Assembly (NCBI GenBank): GCA_965659685.1 | Contig: CBFHXB010000013.1 | Span: 215-64,214, forward strand | Reading direction: 5' to 3' | DNA from: Candidatus Poseidoniaceae archaeon | Lineage (GTDB): Archaea; Thermoplasmatota; Poseidoniia; Poseidoniales; Poseidoniaceae | DNA: 64,000 bases | Shown here: positions 10,061 through 18,855 of the stretch, in pieces | Layout of the letters: every line of letters begins with the position of its first letter | Position numbering within the stretch: position 1 is the stretch's first letter | Notes under the pieces: model-generated | Databases searched by the model: none | Seen by the model: only the letters and a program-made list of their open reading frames with translations | What the model was told of the DNA's origin: nothing | Program-made: the position numbers and the translations under genes

Positions 10061-10127
10061 TCTCATGAGAGTATGTCCATTTGGACAAGGTCAACGCTGT
10101 CGTAAGCCCCGCTACCCAATAACGGGG
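10061..10127. promoter_or_regulatory. AT-rich upstream region with dyad elements (candidate operators)
   Basis: TCTCATGAGA (10061-10070) and TGTCCA-TT-TGGACA (10074-10087) palindromes, plus CCCCG-N11-CGGGG, upstream of the ATG at 10138. Confidence 0.35.
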
Positions 10128-10137
10128 GTATGACAAG

Positions 10138-11685
10138 ATGAACAGAGAACATAACGATGAACAAGAAGCAGTAAGCCCTGTGATCGCGACCATTCTGATG
10201 GTTGCCATCACCGTGGTGCTGGCAGGTGTGCTTTACGTGTGGGCAAGCTCCCTCGCGGAAGGCAACACGGGCGACTCCCTCGCCTTCTACCAGTTTGACG
10301 CCGAAGGGGGCGTTGGCGAAGTCGGCACTGGAACCGCCGACAACCTCGCGCGCGTCACCATGACACAGGGTGCGGAAATCAACTGGGCCACCTTGAGCCT
10401 GAAGATCAGCATCGACAACGGTGCCCCAATCACCTGCGACAACCCGGACAACGAGGGTGGCAATTGTGCCCTCATCGAATTCGGCGACACCACGGACAGC
10501 GTGTGGTCCATCGGCGACGGTGTGACCATCGTCGAATCAGGACAAAACCTCTGTGACGGCATCTGCGTGGTCGAGATCACCATCACGGACATCCGCGAAG
10601 GGCGGGTCATCGATGAATCGTCCACTGTGGTCCAGTCGAATGGCGGTTCATCCTCCAGCGGTGGAAGCACCGGAATCGCATGTGGACCTGCACAATCGAT
10701 CTCGATTGCAGGTTCCTCCACGGTTCTGCCCCTTGCTGAAGCATGGGCAGAGGAATTCACCGAGGCGTGCTCCGATGTGTCCATCACCGTTGAAGGTGGA
10801 GGTTCCTCCGCCGGCGCAGGTCGTGTTTGTGCCAACTCAGCCAAGGGTACGCCGGTCAACATCGGTGACATGTCCCGAAACTGGAAGGCCACGGAAACCC
10901 AGGACGGCATCGACTCCAACGGACAGCTTGAGTGCGGCGTTGGCGACACGTCCATCACCGTGACGCAACTTGTTGTGGCCGTTGACGGCCTGTCTGTGGT
11001 CGCCAAGAAGGGCGGCAACGCAGACACCTGCATCAACAACCTTGGCGGTCTCACCACCGCTCAACTCCGCTGGGTCTTCAGCGCTGAATCGGACAGCGAT
11101 CTCAACTCGGCCGGCCTCGACATGTCCAGCGTCGTTCCCAACAACGACAACGACAACACCAAGGAATGGAGCGACCTTTCCTCGGATTGTGCAAGCGTGG
11201 AAATCCCCATCAAGTATCCTGACGCAGACTCAGGGACCTACGATTACTTCTACGACGTGATCCTTGATTACGCAACGGAAGGATTCCGCTCTGGCACCCA
11301 AAGCGCTGACGACAACGTCCTGGTCAACGCCCTTGTGGCCGATGGCAACGCCATCGGCTACTTTGGCTACGCCTACTACGTCGAGAACCAAGCCACCCTC
11401 TCCGCCTTCGGAGTCGCCAACGATGCCGTGAAGGGCATGGGCGACACCTCCGAGTCCGCGGTCAAGCCCACGGAGAGCACCGTTCGAGACGGCAGTTACC
11501 AGCCCCTCTCCCGCAACCTCTACATGAACGTCAACAACGCTGATTGGGACAAGGTCGACGCCTTCCTCGACTGGGCCTTCAGCAACGACGGCCAAGATGA
11601 AGTCGGTGGCGTGGGCTACGTCAGTCTGAACAGCCAGCAAATGGCGACCATGAAGTCGCGCCTTGCTGCTCAGGGTCAATACTGA
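10138..11685 (+). CDS. archaeal type IV pilin (DUF1628-type N-terminus) fused to PstS-like phosphate-binding protein
   Basis: EA|VSPVIATILMVAITVVLAGVLYVW pilin N-terminus, a Ser/Gly linker, then AGSSTVLP, GGGSSAG, DMSR, VDGL, DSGTYDYF, IGYFGYAYY and YQPLSRNLY. Confidence 0.9.
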   Translation: MNREHNDEQEAVSPVIATILMVAITVVLAGVLYVWASSLAEGNTGDSLAFYQFDAEGGVGEVGTGTADNLARVTMTQGAEINWATLSLKISIDNGAPITCDNPDNEGGNCALIEFGDTTDSVWSIGDGVTIVESGQNLCDGICVVEITITDIREGRVIDESSTVVQSNGGSSSSGGSTGIACGPAQSISIAGSSTVLPLAEAWAEEFTEACSDVSITVEGGGSSAGAGRVCANSAKGTPVNIGDMSRNWKATETQDGIDSNGQLECGVGDTSITVTQLVVAVDGLSVVAKKGGNADTCINNLGGLTTAQLRWVFSAESDSDLNSAGLDMSSVVPNNDNDNTKEWSDLSSDCASVEIPIKYPDADSGTYDYFYDVILDYATEGFRSGTQSADDNVLVNALVADGNAIGYFGYAYYVENQATLSAFGVANDAVKGMGDTSESAVKPTESTVRDGSYQPLSRNLYMNVNNADWDKVDAFLDWAFSNDGQDEVGGVGYVSLNSQQMATMKSRLAAQGQY

Positions 11686-11749
11686 GGCGCGAGCCTCGGC
11701 AGGTGACACACAGGCCAGAACGACGGCCTGAACCGCGCAAGCGGCTCCC

Positions 11750-11792
11750 GCACCCCGGTCGCGCCAACGGCCCGGCCGGGGTGCCCCCTTTT
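11750..11792 (+). terminator. GC hairpin followed by a short pyrimidine tract
   Basis: GCACCCCGGTCG (11750-11761) pairs with CGGCCGGGGTGC (11773-11784), followed by CCCCTTTT. Lies between convergent genes. Confidence 0.35.
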
Positions 11793-11852
11793 CCATCGCA
11801 TCGAAGTCGACCGTTGAAGAACACGGGATTCGATCGATTCCGTCAGGTCAGG

Positions 11853-11924
11853 TGCGCACACCGAGACTCGAACTCGGGTAACGAGGTTGGGAACCTCGTA
11901 TCATAACCACTAGATCATGTGCGC
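11853..11924 (-). tRNA. tRNA-Gly(CCC)
   Basis: Reverse complement GCGCACA...CGAGG-TTCCCAA-CCTCG...GTTCGAG...TGTGCGCA forms a cloverleaf. Confidence 0.95.
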
Positions 11925-11970
11925 CGTGGTTGGGCCAATGAGGCGACCTTCAAGACCGCTTCGGCAGGCC

Positions 11971-13371
11971 TCATTGACGGCGCTGCTTGGAATTGTTTGA
12001 ACGGCCCTTGCGACCGCCTCCGCCGCGTTGGCCTGCGTTGCGCTGGCCGCCGCCGCCGCCCCGGTTTCCGCCACCGCCGCCGCGGTATCCACCGCCGCCA
12101 CCACGGTTGCCACCACCGCCGCCGCGGTATCCACCGCCGCCGCCACGGTATCCGCCGCCACCACGCTTTCCGCCGCCCTTGTAGCCGCCTTTCTGGTGGC
12201 CACGGGTCGGCTTTTGACCTGGCTTGGGAACGGCTTCTGGGAAGTAGAAGTCGTGGTTTTCCACCGAAGGGATGTCCTCACCGAGCAGGCGTTGAATCCC
12301 CACGAGGTAGCCGGATTCTGAATCGTCGCAGAAAGAATAGGCGACGCCTTCCCGGCCCGCTCGGGCCGTGCGGCCGATCCGATGGATGTAGACCTCGGAC
12401 TCGTTGGGCAAATCGTAGTTGAACACGTGCGTGATGTCCTCGACGTCGATGCCACGGCTGGCGATGTCGGTGGCGACAAGCACGTCAACGTCCCCTCGTT
12501 TGAAGGCCCTCAACGCGTTGGTTCGGGCCGTTTGGGACTTGTTGCCGTGGATGGCATCGGCGGGGATGTCGGCCGACTCGAGTTGTCCGACGAGCCGGTT
12601 TGCGCCGTGCTTGGTCCGGGTGAACACGATGGCGCGTCGAATGTCTTCTTCGATGATGAGCTGAATCAACATCCGGCGCTTGTCGGCTTTCTTGAGGAAG
12701 AACACCTGTTGGCGGATGCGATCTGTGGTCACCTCTTCCGGACTGACGTCAACGGTCACCGGATCGTCGAGCATGTTCTCGACCAGTTCGTTCACGGCCT
12801 CGGGCATCGTGGCACTGAACAGGAGGTTCTGGCGCTTCTCGGGCATCAAGCGGATGATACGCTTCACGTCATGGACGAAGCCCATGTCGAGCATCCGGTC
12901 GGCCTCATCGAGCACGAAATGCTCGACGTCACGGAAATCGATGTGGCCTTGCTCTTCCAAGTCAAGCAAGCGACCAGGCGTGGCCACGAGGATGTCCACG
13001 CCGCGGCGCAGCGCATCGACCTGCGGCCGTTGCCCGACGCCGCCGAAAATGACGCGGTAGCGAAGACCAAGCGCACCACCGTAGGCCTTGATGCGGTCGC
13101 CGATCTGCGCAGCAAGTTCACGCGTCGGAGAGAGGATGAGGGCTCGAATGGGGCGCCATCCCTTGATGTGCTCCGCCGAAAGATGGTGGAGGATCGGAAG
13201 GGTAAACGCAGCCGTTTTCCCTGTCCCTGTTTGGGCCACTCCGAGCACATCTCGGCCCTCAAGGAGGGCGGGAATGGTCTGGGCTTGAACGGGCGTGGGC
13301 ACCGTGTAGCCTTCGGCCTCTACGGCGTCGAGCAATTCGTCACACAGGCCAAGGTCCTCGAAGGTCGTCAT
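11971..13371 (-). CDS. DEAD-box RNA helicase (RhlE-like) with Gly/Arg-rich tail
   Basis: Q motif, AQTGTGKT, PTRELA, DEAD, SAT and HRIGRTAR. Confidence 0.95.
   Translation of the reverse strand: MTTFEDLGLCDELLDAVEAEGYTVPTPVQAQTIPALLEGRDVLGVAQTGTGKTAAFTLPILHHLSAEHIKGWRPIRALILSPTRELAAQIGDRIKAYGGALGLRYRVIFGGVGQRPQVDALRRGVDILVATPGRLLDLEEQGHIDFRDVEHFVLDEADRMLDMGFVHDVKRIIRLMPEKRQNLLFSATMPEAVNELVENMLDDPVTVDVSPEEVTTDRIRQQVFFLKKADKRRMLIQLIIEEDIRRAIVFTRTKHGANRLVGQLESADIPADAIHGNKSQTARTNALRAFKRGDVDVLVATDIASRGIDVEDITHVFNYDLPNESEVYIHRIGRTARAGREGVAYSFCDDSESGYLVGIQRLLGEDIPSVENHDFYFPEAVPKPGQKPTRGHQKGGYKGGGKRGGGGYRGGGGGYRGGGGGNRGGGGGYRGGGGGNRGGGGGQRNAGQRGGGGRKGRSNNSKQRRQ
12040..12190 (-). repeat. 21-bp imperfect tandem repeats encoding (GGGGG[YN]R)n
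   Basis: Repeated ccaccgccgccgcggtat-like units at the helicase C-terminus (RGG-type low complexity). Confidence 0.8.
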
Positions 13372-13512
13372 GGGTTCACCACGTGTGGGAAGAACCTCCG
13401 GGGTGACCCGACCGCACGTCCTACAAGTGCGGCCCGAGGCTCACCACGTATGAAGCAGGGGGGTCTGAACGGCACACAGACCCGCCCCTTCGGGCTCCGG
13501 ACCGGGAGCCGT

Positions 13513-13824
13513 TCACTTCACGACACGCCGGGAGAGCAGGAAACCTGCCGCCAGTGCTGCCCCAAAGGCACCAAGTTCGATCAGGCTCTCGACCATAGCC
13601 GTGGCTTGGTTCACGGCAAATTCCTCCGAACCGAGCACCCCGTAGGTCAACCGATGCCAATCGACGATGACGATGTTGCGCGTTTCAAGCCATTTGAGGA
13701 ACACGAAAAAGGCCACGAGGAAGGAAGTTACGGCCTTGCTGGCCATTTTGACGGCCACCCCGAACACGAAACCAAGGACCAAGCCTTGAACGAGGCTTTC
13801 GCCGAGGAGCGGGACGAGGTCCAT
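13513..13824 (-). CDS. FUN14 family membrane protein
   Basis: GLVLGFVFGVAVK...LKWLETRNIVIVDW...GFLL. Start at ATG 13824. Confidence 0.8.
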   Translation of the reverse strand: MDLVPLLGESLVQGLVLGFVFGVAVKMASKAVTSFLVAFFVFLKWLETRNIVIVDWHRLTYGVLGSEEFAVNQATAMVESLIELGAFGAALAAGFLLSRRVVK

Positions 13825-14004
13825 GCGTGGTGTTGATGCACGGCGGACTTTGTAAGTTGCAAAACCGACTCCAGGCTTTGCCTTCCTTCCATGGATGATG
13901 TTGCCGCCCCAGCCGTGCCTGAGCGCTGGACGCCTCGGCACAGAACCGGGCAAAGGAAGCGCGAAGGCAGGCAGGGGCGTGCGAACTGTGGGTATCTGAT
14001 CAAA

Positions 14005-14076
14005 CGCCCCTGCCGAGATTCGAACTCGGGTTCCTCGCTCCGGAGGCGAGGGTGATATCCACTACACTACAAGGGC
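14005..14076 (-). tRNA. tRNA-Arg(CCG)
   Basis: Reverse complement GCCCTTG...CTCGC-CTCCGGA-GCGAG...GTTCGAAT...CAGGGGCG. Confidence 0.95.
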
Positions 14077-14125
14077 AAGCCCGGGGCGCGGGCGAGCGCA
14101 TATGAACGTGCTCCCACAAGCGACG

Positions 14126-14650
14126 TCAGGCATCAGGAGCAGGCTTGGCGACGTGCACGCCCGTGCCGTAGGCGAAGATTTCCATCGCTCCAGATTTGGA
14201 GTCGCCGCCCTTGTTGACGACAATCATCGAGGTGTCCAATCGCACGTTGATGACATGGTCAACCCCTTCGGCTTGAGCGATTTCTCGGAGGCGCTGAAGC
14301 GCTTCGCGGCGCCCGAATTCCAGCACCCGATCGAAGACGTGAATGCGTCCCCCGATGATTTTCTTCAGGCTTGCAAGAAGAAATTGCCACCACGACGGAC
14401 CGATGCTCACGTTGGCGGTCAACAAACGCCCATGGGTGATGTCGGCGCTCGGGTAGAGGTGTACCGTGGAGGTCAACGGATCACGGCCACCAAAGGCGGT
14501 GATGCTCGCTTTCTCACGCGCCGCGGTGTCGTTCAACTTCCGATTTTGGTAGCTGTTTCCAACGATCCATGAGAAGAGGAGCGGACCTCCACCGAAAATC
14601 AGCGGTGGAAGAAAGGTCCACAACACGGCCGCGACGGCTTCGTCCACCAT
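14126..14650 (-). CDS. YbjQ/UPF0145 family protein with N-terminal TM
   Basis: LKKIIGGRI, RREALQRL, VINVRLDT and EIFAYGTGV. Confidence 0.85.
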   Translation of the reverse strand: MVDEAVAAVLWTFLPPLIFGGGPLLFSWIVGNSYQNRKLNDTAAREKASITAFGGRDPLTSTVHLYPSADITHGRLLTANVSIGPSWWQFLLASLKKIIGGRIHVFDRVLEFGRREALQRLREIAQAEGVDHVINVRLDTSMIVVNKGGDSKSGAMEIFAYGTGVHVAKPAPDA

Positions 14651-14659
14651 GCGATGACC

Positions 14660-14971
14660 TCACTGGACTTGGACGGCGGTGCCGTAGGCAAAGAGTTCAG
14701 CCGCGCCACCGGCGACGGCCGAGGTTGCAAAACGGACGTTGACGATGGCGTTCGCCCCGAGGCCAGAAGCTGCTTGCATCATCCGCAGCATGGCTTCGTT
14801 GCGCGCTTCACCAAGCAACTCTGTGTAGCCCTTGAGTTCCCCACCGACGATGTTCTTCAGACCGGCCATGATGTCCCGGCCCACGTGCTTCGCACGCACC
14901 GTTGAGCCGGTGACCAGGCCCAAGGTCGCGGTGATGGTTCGACCAGGGATGGTCTCGGTGTTGGAAATCAT
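14660..14971 (-). CDS. YbjQ/UPF0145 family protein
   Basis: TETIPGR..LGLVTG, GLKNIVGGELKGYTELL and ELFAYGTAV. Alternative start at 14998. Confidence 0.92.
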   Translation of the reverse strand: MISNTETIPGRTITATLGLVTGSTVRAKHVGRDIMAGLKNIVGGELKGYTELLGEARNEAMLRMMQAASGLGANAIVNVRFATSAVAGGAAELFAYGTAVQVQ

Positions 14972-15039
14972 CAGTTGCGGAACGCCGCCGGGTTGCATGC
15001 CTCGACGTGGACGCGGTGCCCAATAGGCTTGTTGCCGTG

Positions 15040-15115
15040 TGGAGCCAGCGGAGGGATTCGAACCCCCGACCGCCGGATTACAAATCCGGCGCACTACCAC
15101 CTATGCTACGCTGGC
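15040..15115 (-). tRNA. tRNA-Thr(TGT), genomic CCA
   Basis: Reverse complement GCCAGCG...CCGGA-TTTGTAA-TCCGG...GTTCGAAT...CGCTGGCT-CCA. Confidence 0.95.
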
Positions 15116-15194
15116 GTAAGCCAGCCTCGTGGCCGGCCTCACTTCAACATCTTCCCAAGGGAAGCCGTCAAGTGGTGGAGTCCAACCTCGGGCC

Positions 15195-16469
15195 ATGGAC
15201 GACGCGAACGGCCTGCTTAGCCCGTCCGCCTCCACCAAACGGGGCCGCGACCCCATCTTCGCCATGCTGTCGAAGTGCCAAGCCGCAGCGGCCGCCGGAG
15301 CCGACGTGGTCAACGGGACCATCGGGGCCCTGCTCGAGGACGACGGGTCCTTGGCGATCAACGCCACCTACGTGGACGCCATCAAGGCCTCACAAGCGGT
15401 CGACGTGGCGGCCTATTCCCCGCTCGCCGGCCTGCCAGACTTCAACGACCTGTTGGTGGAGCTTGCGCTCGGACCAGAGCGACCCACCTTGCTCGACCAC
15501 CTCAGCGCCCGCGCCATGGCCACGCCCGGCGGTGGGGGTGCCCTGAAACTCACTGCGGCGAACCTTGTCGAGTCGGGTGGCGTGGTGCTGATGCGCGACC
15601 GCCATTGGGGACCGTACCTCGGTTTCCTCGGTGAAGCCGGCCTTGGACGACGGACGTGGCCCCTGCTTGGCCCGAACGGTGCCGACGTGGACGTGAAGGG
15701 CTTCGAAGCCGCCTTGCAAACGACCGTGTCCGAGCAATCCCAGGTGTTGGTGTGGCTGAACGATCCAGCCCACAACCCCACCGGACTCTCCCTGCAGGCC
15801 GAATCCCGCGCCGACCTGCTCGAAGCGATGGTGGATTCCGCGCTTGAGCATCCAAAGGTCGGTCACAGCCTGATGATCGACGCGGCCTACACCCTCTACG
15901 CCGACGAACCGCACGGCTGGGCGACGACCCTCGCAGAGGCGATGGATGCGGGCATGATGTGGCCGGAGAACTTGATGCTCCTGTGGGCCGTGTCCTTGTC
16001 GAAATCGCACACCGCCTATGGCGCACGTTGCGGCGGTTTGGTGGCCCTCCACCCGGACATCGAAGCCCTCGACCGCGTGTATGAGGCCTTTGCCGTGACC
16101 GGACGCGGCACCTGGTCAGGGCCTCCGCGGGCTCCACAAAGCGCCGCTGTTGGCGTCCACGAAGACGCGGAACTCGCCTCCGCATGGAGCGACCGCCTCG
16201 ATGTGTTGACCGACTTGCTGGCTCGACGGCGCACAGCGCTTCTCGAAGCATGTGCTTCACGAGGTGTTTCGCTCAACCCGACCCATGACGGCTTCTTTGC
16301 CTGGCTGGAGCATGAGCACCCAAGCGACGTGGTGGACCGGTGCGCGTCCCGGCACGTCTACCTCGTCGCCCTCAACGGTGGTGTGCGCATCGGCTTGTGC
16401 GCCATGCCTGAGGCCAGCATGGAGCGTGTGGCGGACGTCATGGCCGAGGCCCTCGAGGTGGTCGGATGA
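15195..16469 (+). CDS. class I/II PLP aminotransferase
   Basis: NGTIG, TPGGGGAL, NDPAHNPTG, DAAY and SLSKSHTAYGARCG. Confidence 0.9.
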   Translation: MDDANGLLSPSASTKRGRDPIFAMLSKCQAAAAAGADVVNGTIGALLEDDGSLAINATYVDAIKASQAVDVAAYSPLAGLPDFNDLLVELALGPERPTLLDHLSARAMATPGGGGALKLTAANLVESGGVVLMRDRHWGPYLGFLGEAGLGRRTWPLLGPNGADVDVKGFEAALQTTVSEQSQVLVWLNDPAHNPTGLSLQAESRADLLEAMVDSALEHPKVGHSLMIDAAYTLYADEPHGWATTLAEAMDAGMMWPENLMLLWAVSLSKSHTAYGARCGGLVALHPDIEALDRVYEAFAVTGRGTWSGPPRAPQSAAVGVHEDAELASAWSDRLDVLTDLLARRRTALLEACASRGVSLNPTHDGFFAWLEHEHPSDVVDRCASRHVYLVALNGGVRIGLCAMPEASMERVADVMAEALEVVG

Positions 16470-16864
16470 CGAGCCTTCGTCGCCGTGTTGTCGTCCTCGG
16501 ATGCGTCTTTGTCGTGCTTGGCGGCGCCCTCAGCGCAGGCGGATTGTGGGCCTTCGGCGGCACCATCGGCATCTGGGGCATCATCGCCTTCGTGGCGGGG
16601 ATGTTCATGCAAGAACCCGACCGCTACGATGCGGAAGAGGTCGCGGCATGGCGTCCATCCGCCGCTCCGATGGCCAACGCAGGTCGAACGATGTACCGTG
16701 TGGACACCACCATCGACGAGCCCGTGCACACCACGGTCCTCTGCGGCTCCTGCGCACATTTGGCCGAAATGGAGGGTCCGCGACCCGCGACCTTCACCTG
16801 CCCCAGCTGCGGCCTGTTGCTTTGGGAAGACGAGGAAGAGGAAGCCTCACCTCGGATGGATTGA
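16466..16864 (+). CDS. small membrane protein with C-terminal Zn ribbon
   Basis: Two TMs plus CGSC...CPSCG; ATGA overlap with the upstream gene. Confidence 0.75.
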   Translation: MTSLRRRVVVLGCVFVVLGGALSAGGLWAFGGTIGIWGIIAFVAGMFMQEPDRYDAEEVAAWRPSAAPMANAGRTMYRVDTTIDEPVHTTVLCGSCAHLAEMEGPRPATFTCPSCGLLLWEDEEEEASPRMD

Positions 16865-16889
16865 AGGCGGCATCGCGGCTCCCAAGCAC

Positions 16890-18377
16890 GTGGCCACCTC
16901 TGCCCTGACCAATCCCGAGCGTCGGCTTGCCGTCGCGATGAGGTCGGCAGCGGACGCGACGTGGGACGTGGCGTCGATCCTCGAGGCCTGTGCCTGGTCG
17001 GACCAAGCGGTCGCCAGCGGGGCCGCGGTGGGTCTGGTTGACCACGGCCTCATCGAGCAACACGACGCCACCACGTCCACCGTTCACCTCGGCGAACACG
17101 GCAGTTCAGCCTTGGAGCATGGCCTGTTGGAAGCCCGGTTGCTCGCATGGCTGAGCGGGTCCGAGCGGCCCGACATGGCCAGCCTCAACCAGAGTTTTGA
17201 GCGCCATGAATCCGGGCCGGGCATCGGCCTGCTCAAGGCGTTGGGCGTCACGATCGAGCAAGGCGTGTTGCAATGCGACGACCTCGCCACCGCCCAGCAA
17301 AGGGTTGCGGACCGCACGGCCTTCCTCGCCTCCCTGCCCACCGATGAGGCCCAGGCGGACGCCGCCATGGTGGAGCATTTCCGTCGCCGCCGTGGCCTCA
17401 TCGAGGTCGAGTCCACCGTGCACCGCACGTGGACAACGCTCCCTGCCTTGCACGAACTCGACGACGAGGCGCTTGTGGAGAAGACGACCGTCGGAGAAAT
17501 CACGCCTGAATTGCTGCAGCAGCGTGAGGCGTGGGAAGCGGCGGAATTCCGACGCTTCGACGTGACCCTGCCGTCCGCCACGCCGCGCATGGGACGGACG
17601 CATCCGATGCAGGCGCTCATCGAGCGGATCCGTACAATTTTCCTTGAGATGGGCTTCAGTGAGCTGGTGGACGATTACGTCCAAACCGCAGGCTGGAACA
17701 TGGACGCGCTGTTCATCCCGCAAGACCACCCCGCCCGTGAGATGCAGGACACCTTCTACCTCGACAACCCCGCTTCCTTGCCCATCGAACAGGAACACCT
17801 CGACCAGTGGCGGGCCATCCACGAACACGGCGGCGACACCGGCAGCCGCGGATGGGGCGGTTCCTTCTCCGACGACATCGCACGTCGTGGTCTGTTGCGC
17901 ACCCACACCACCGTCAACACGATTCAGCATCTTGCGCGGAACCCGACCACGCCCTGCCGCGTGTTCTCCGTCGACCGCGTGTTCCGAAAGGAAGCCATCG
18001 ACCGCACGCATTTGCCCGAATTCCACCAGATTGAGGGCATCATCATGGAGGAAGGCGCCGACCTGCCGATGCTCGTCACCACGCTACGGACCTTCTACGC
18101 CAAGATGGGCTACCCCGAAGTCCGGGTACGGCCCGCGTACTTCCCCTACACCGAGCCGAGCCTCGAAGTCGAGGTTCGATGGCGCGGCAAGTGGCTCGAA
18201 TTGGGAGGCGCCGGCATCTTCCGACCCGAGGTCACCGAACCGCTGGGCTGCATGGCACCGGTCTGCGCGTGGGGCATGGGCCTTGAGCGCTTGGCGATGC
18301 TCGTGCTCGGGCTCGACGACATTCGTCAGCTCTACATTTCGGACCTTGCGTGGTTGCGTGACCAACCCATGCTCTGA
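16890..18377 (+). CDS. pheS: phenylalanine--tRNA ligase alpha subunit (archaeal long form)
   Basis: HPAREMQDTF, LRTHTT, FHQIEG, YFPYTEPS and WGMGLERLAM. Start estimated at GTG 16890. Confidence 0.95.
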   Translation: MATSALTNPERRLAVAMRSAADATWDVASILEACAWSDQAVASGAAVGLVDHGLIEQHDATTSTVHLGEHGSSALEHGLLEARLLAWLSGSERPDMASLNQSFERHESGPGIGLLKALGVTIEQGVLQCDDLATAQQRVADRTAFLASLPTDEAQADAAMVEHFRRRRGLIEVESTVHRTWTTLPALHELDDEALVEKTTVGEITPELLQQREAWEAAEFRRFDVTLPSATPRMGRTHPMQALIERIRTIFLEMGFSELVDDYVQTAGWNMDALFIPQDHPAREMQDTFYLDNPASLPIEQEHLDQWRAIHEHGGDTGSRGWGGSFSDDIARRGLLRTHTTVNTIQHLARNPTTPCRVFSVDRVFRKEAIDRTHLPEFHQIEGIIMEEGADLPMLVTTLRTFYAKMGYPEVRVRPAYFPYTEPSLEVEVRWRGKWLELGGAGIFRPEVTEPLGCMAPVCAWGMGLERLAMLVLGLDDIRQLYISDLAWLRDQPML

Positions 18378-18386
18378 GGTGCTCGC

Positions 18387-18830
18387 GTGACGCTTCGTCC
18401 GTTCCATCTTGCCTTTCCCGTGGACGACCTCGAGGCGGCACGGGCCTTCTACACCGACGTGCTGGGCTGTGACGTCGGACGCAGCAAAGCCGAATCGTGC
18501 GTGTTCAACCTCCACGGCCACCAGATCGTCGCGCATCGTGTGGCCGAGATGCCGGCGCTGTCGACCAACCCGGTCGACGGCAAGGCCGTCCCGGCCATGC
18601 ACTTCGGCCTGGTGCTGGAATGGGACGAATGGCACGCCATGCGTGGCCGGTTGGAAGCGGCCGGTCAGACCTTCGTGGTGGGCCCCTATCTCCGGTACGC
18701 CGACCAACCCGGGGCGCAAGCCACGATGTTCATTCAGGACCCGGCGGGCAACCATTTGGAATTCAAGGCCTTCAAGGACGACGCGATGATCTTCGACGCT
18801 TCGTGGGGCCAACGCTCGCCCGAAGCGTGA
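18387..18830 (+). CDS. VOC/glyoxalase family protein
   Basis: PFHLAFPV, GHQIVAH, HFGLVL and DPAGNHLEFK. Confidence 0.9.
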   Translation: MTLRPFHLAFPVDDLEAARAFYTDVLGCDVGRSKAESCVFNLHGHQIVAHRVAEMPALSTNPVDGKAVPAMHFGLVLEWDEWHAMRGRLEAAGQTFVVGPYLRYADQPGAQATMFIQDPAGNHLEFKAFKDDAMIFDASWGQRSPEA

Positions 18831-18855
18831 AAGCGAGCATCGAGGTGGACAAAAC

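Noticed and set aside
13825-14004. SRP RNA, RNase P RNA or C/D-box sRNA in the intergenic region (ATGATG...CTGA)
   Set aside because: The SRP helix 8 and RNase P GAGGAAAGTCC motifs are absent, and the box C match is imperfect with no convincing second guide. An Rfam scan would be needed.
10050-15115. tRNA-anchored integrative element carrying pilin-PstS or the YbjQ pair
   Set aside because: No integrase, and no duplicated tRNA 3' end was seen by eye.
16485-16889. N-terminal extension of PheS (also the extended starts of kbl, pdxT and the ABC ATPases)
   Set aside because: The extensions overlap better-supported neighbouring genes and are ORF-caller artefacts.
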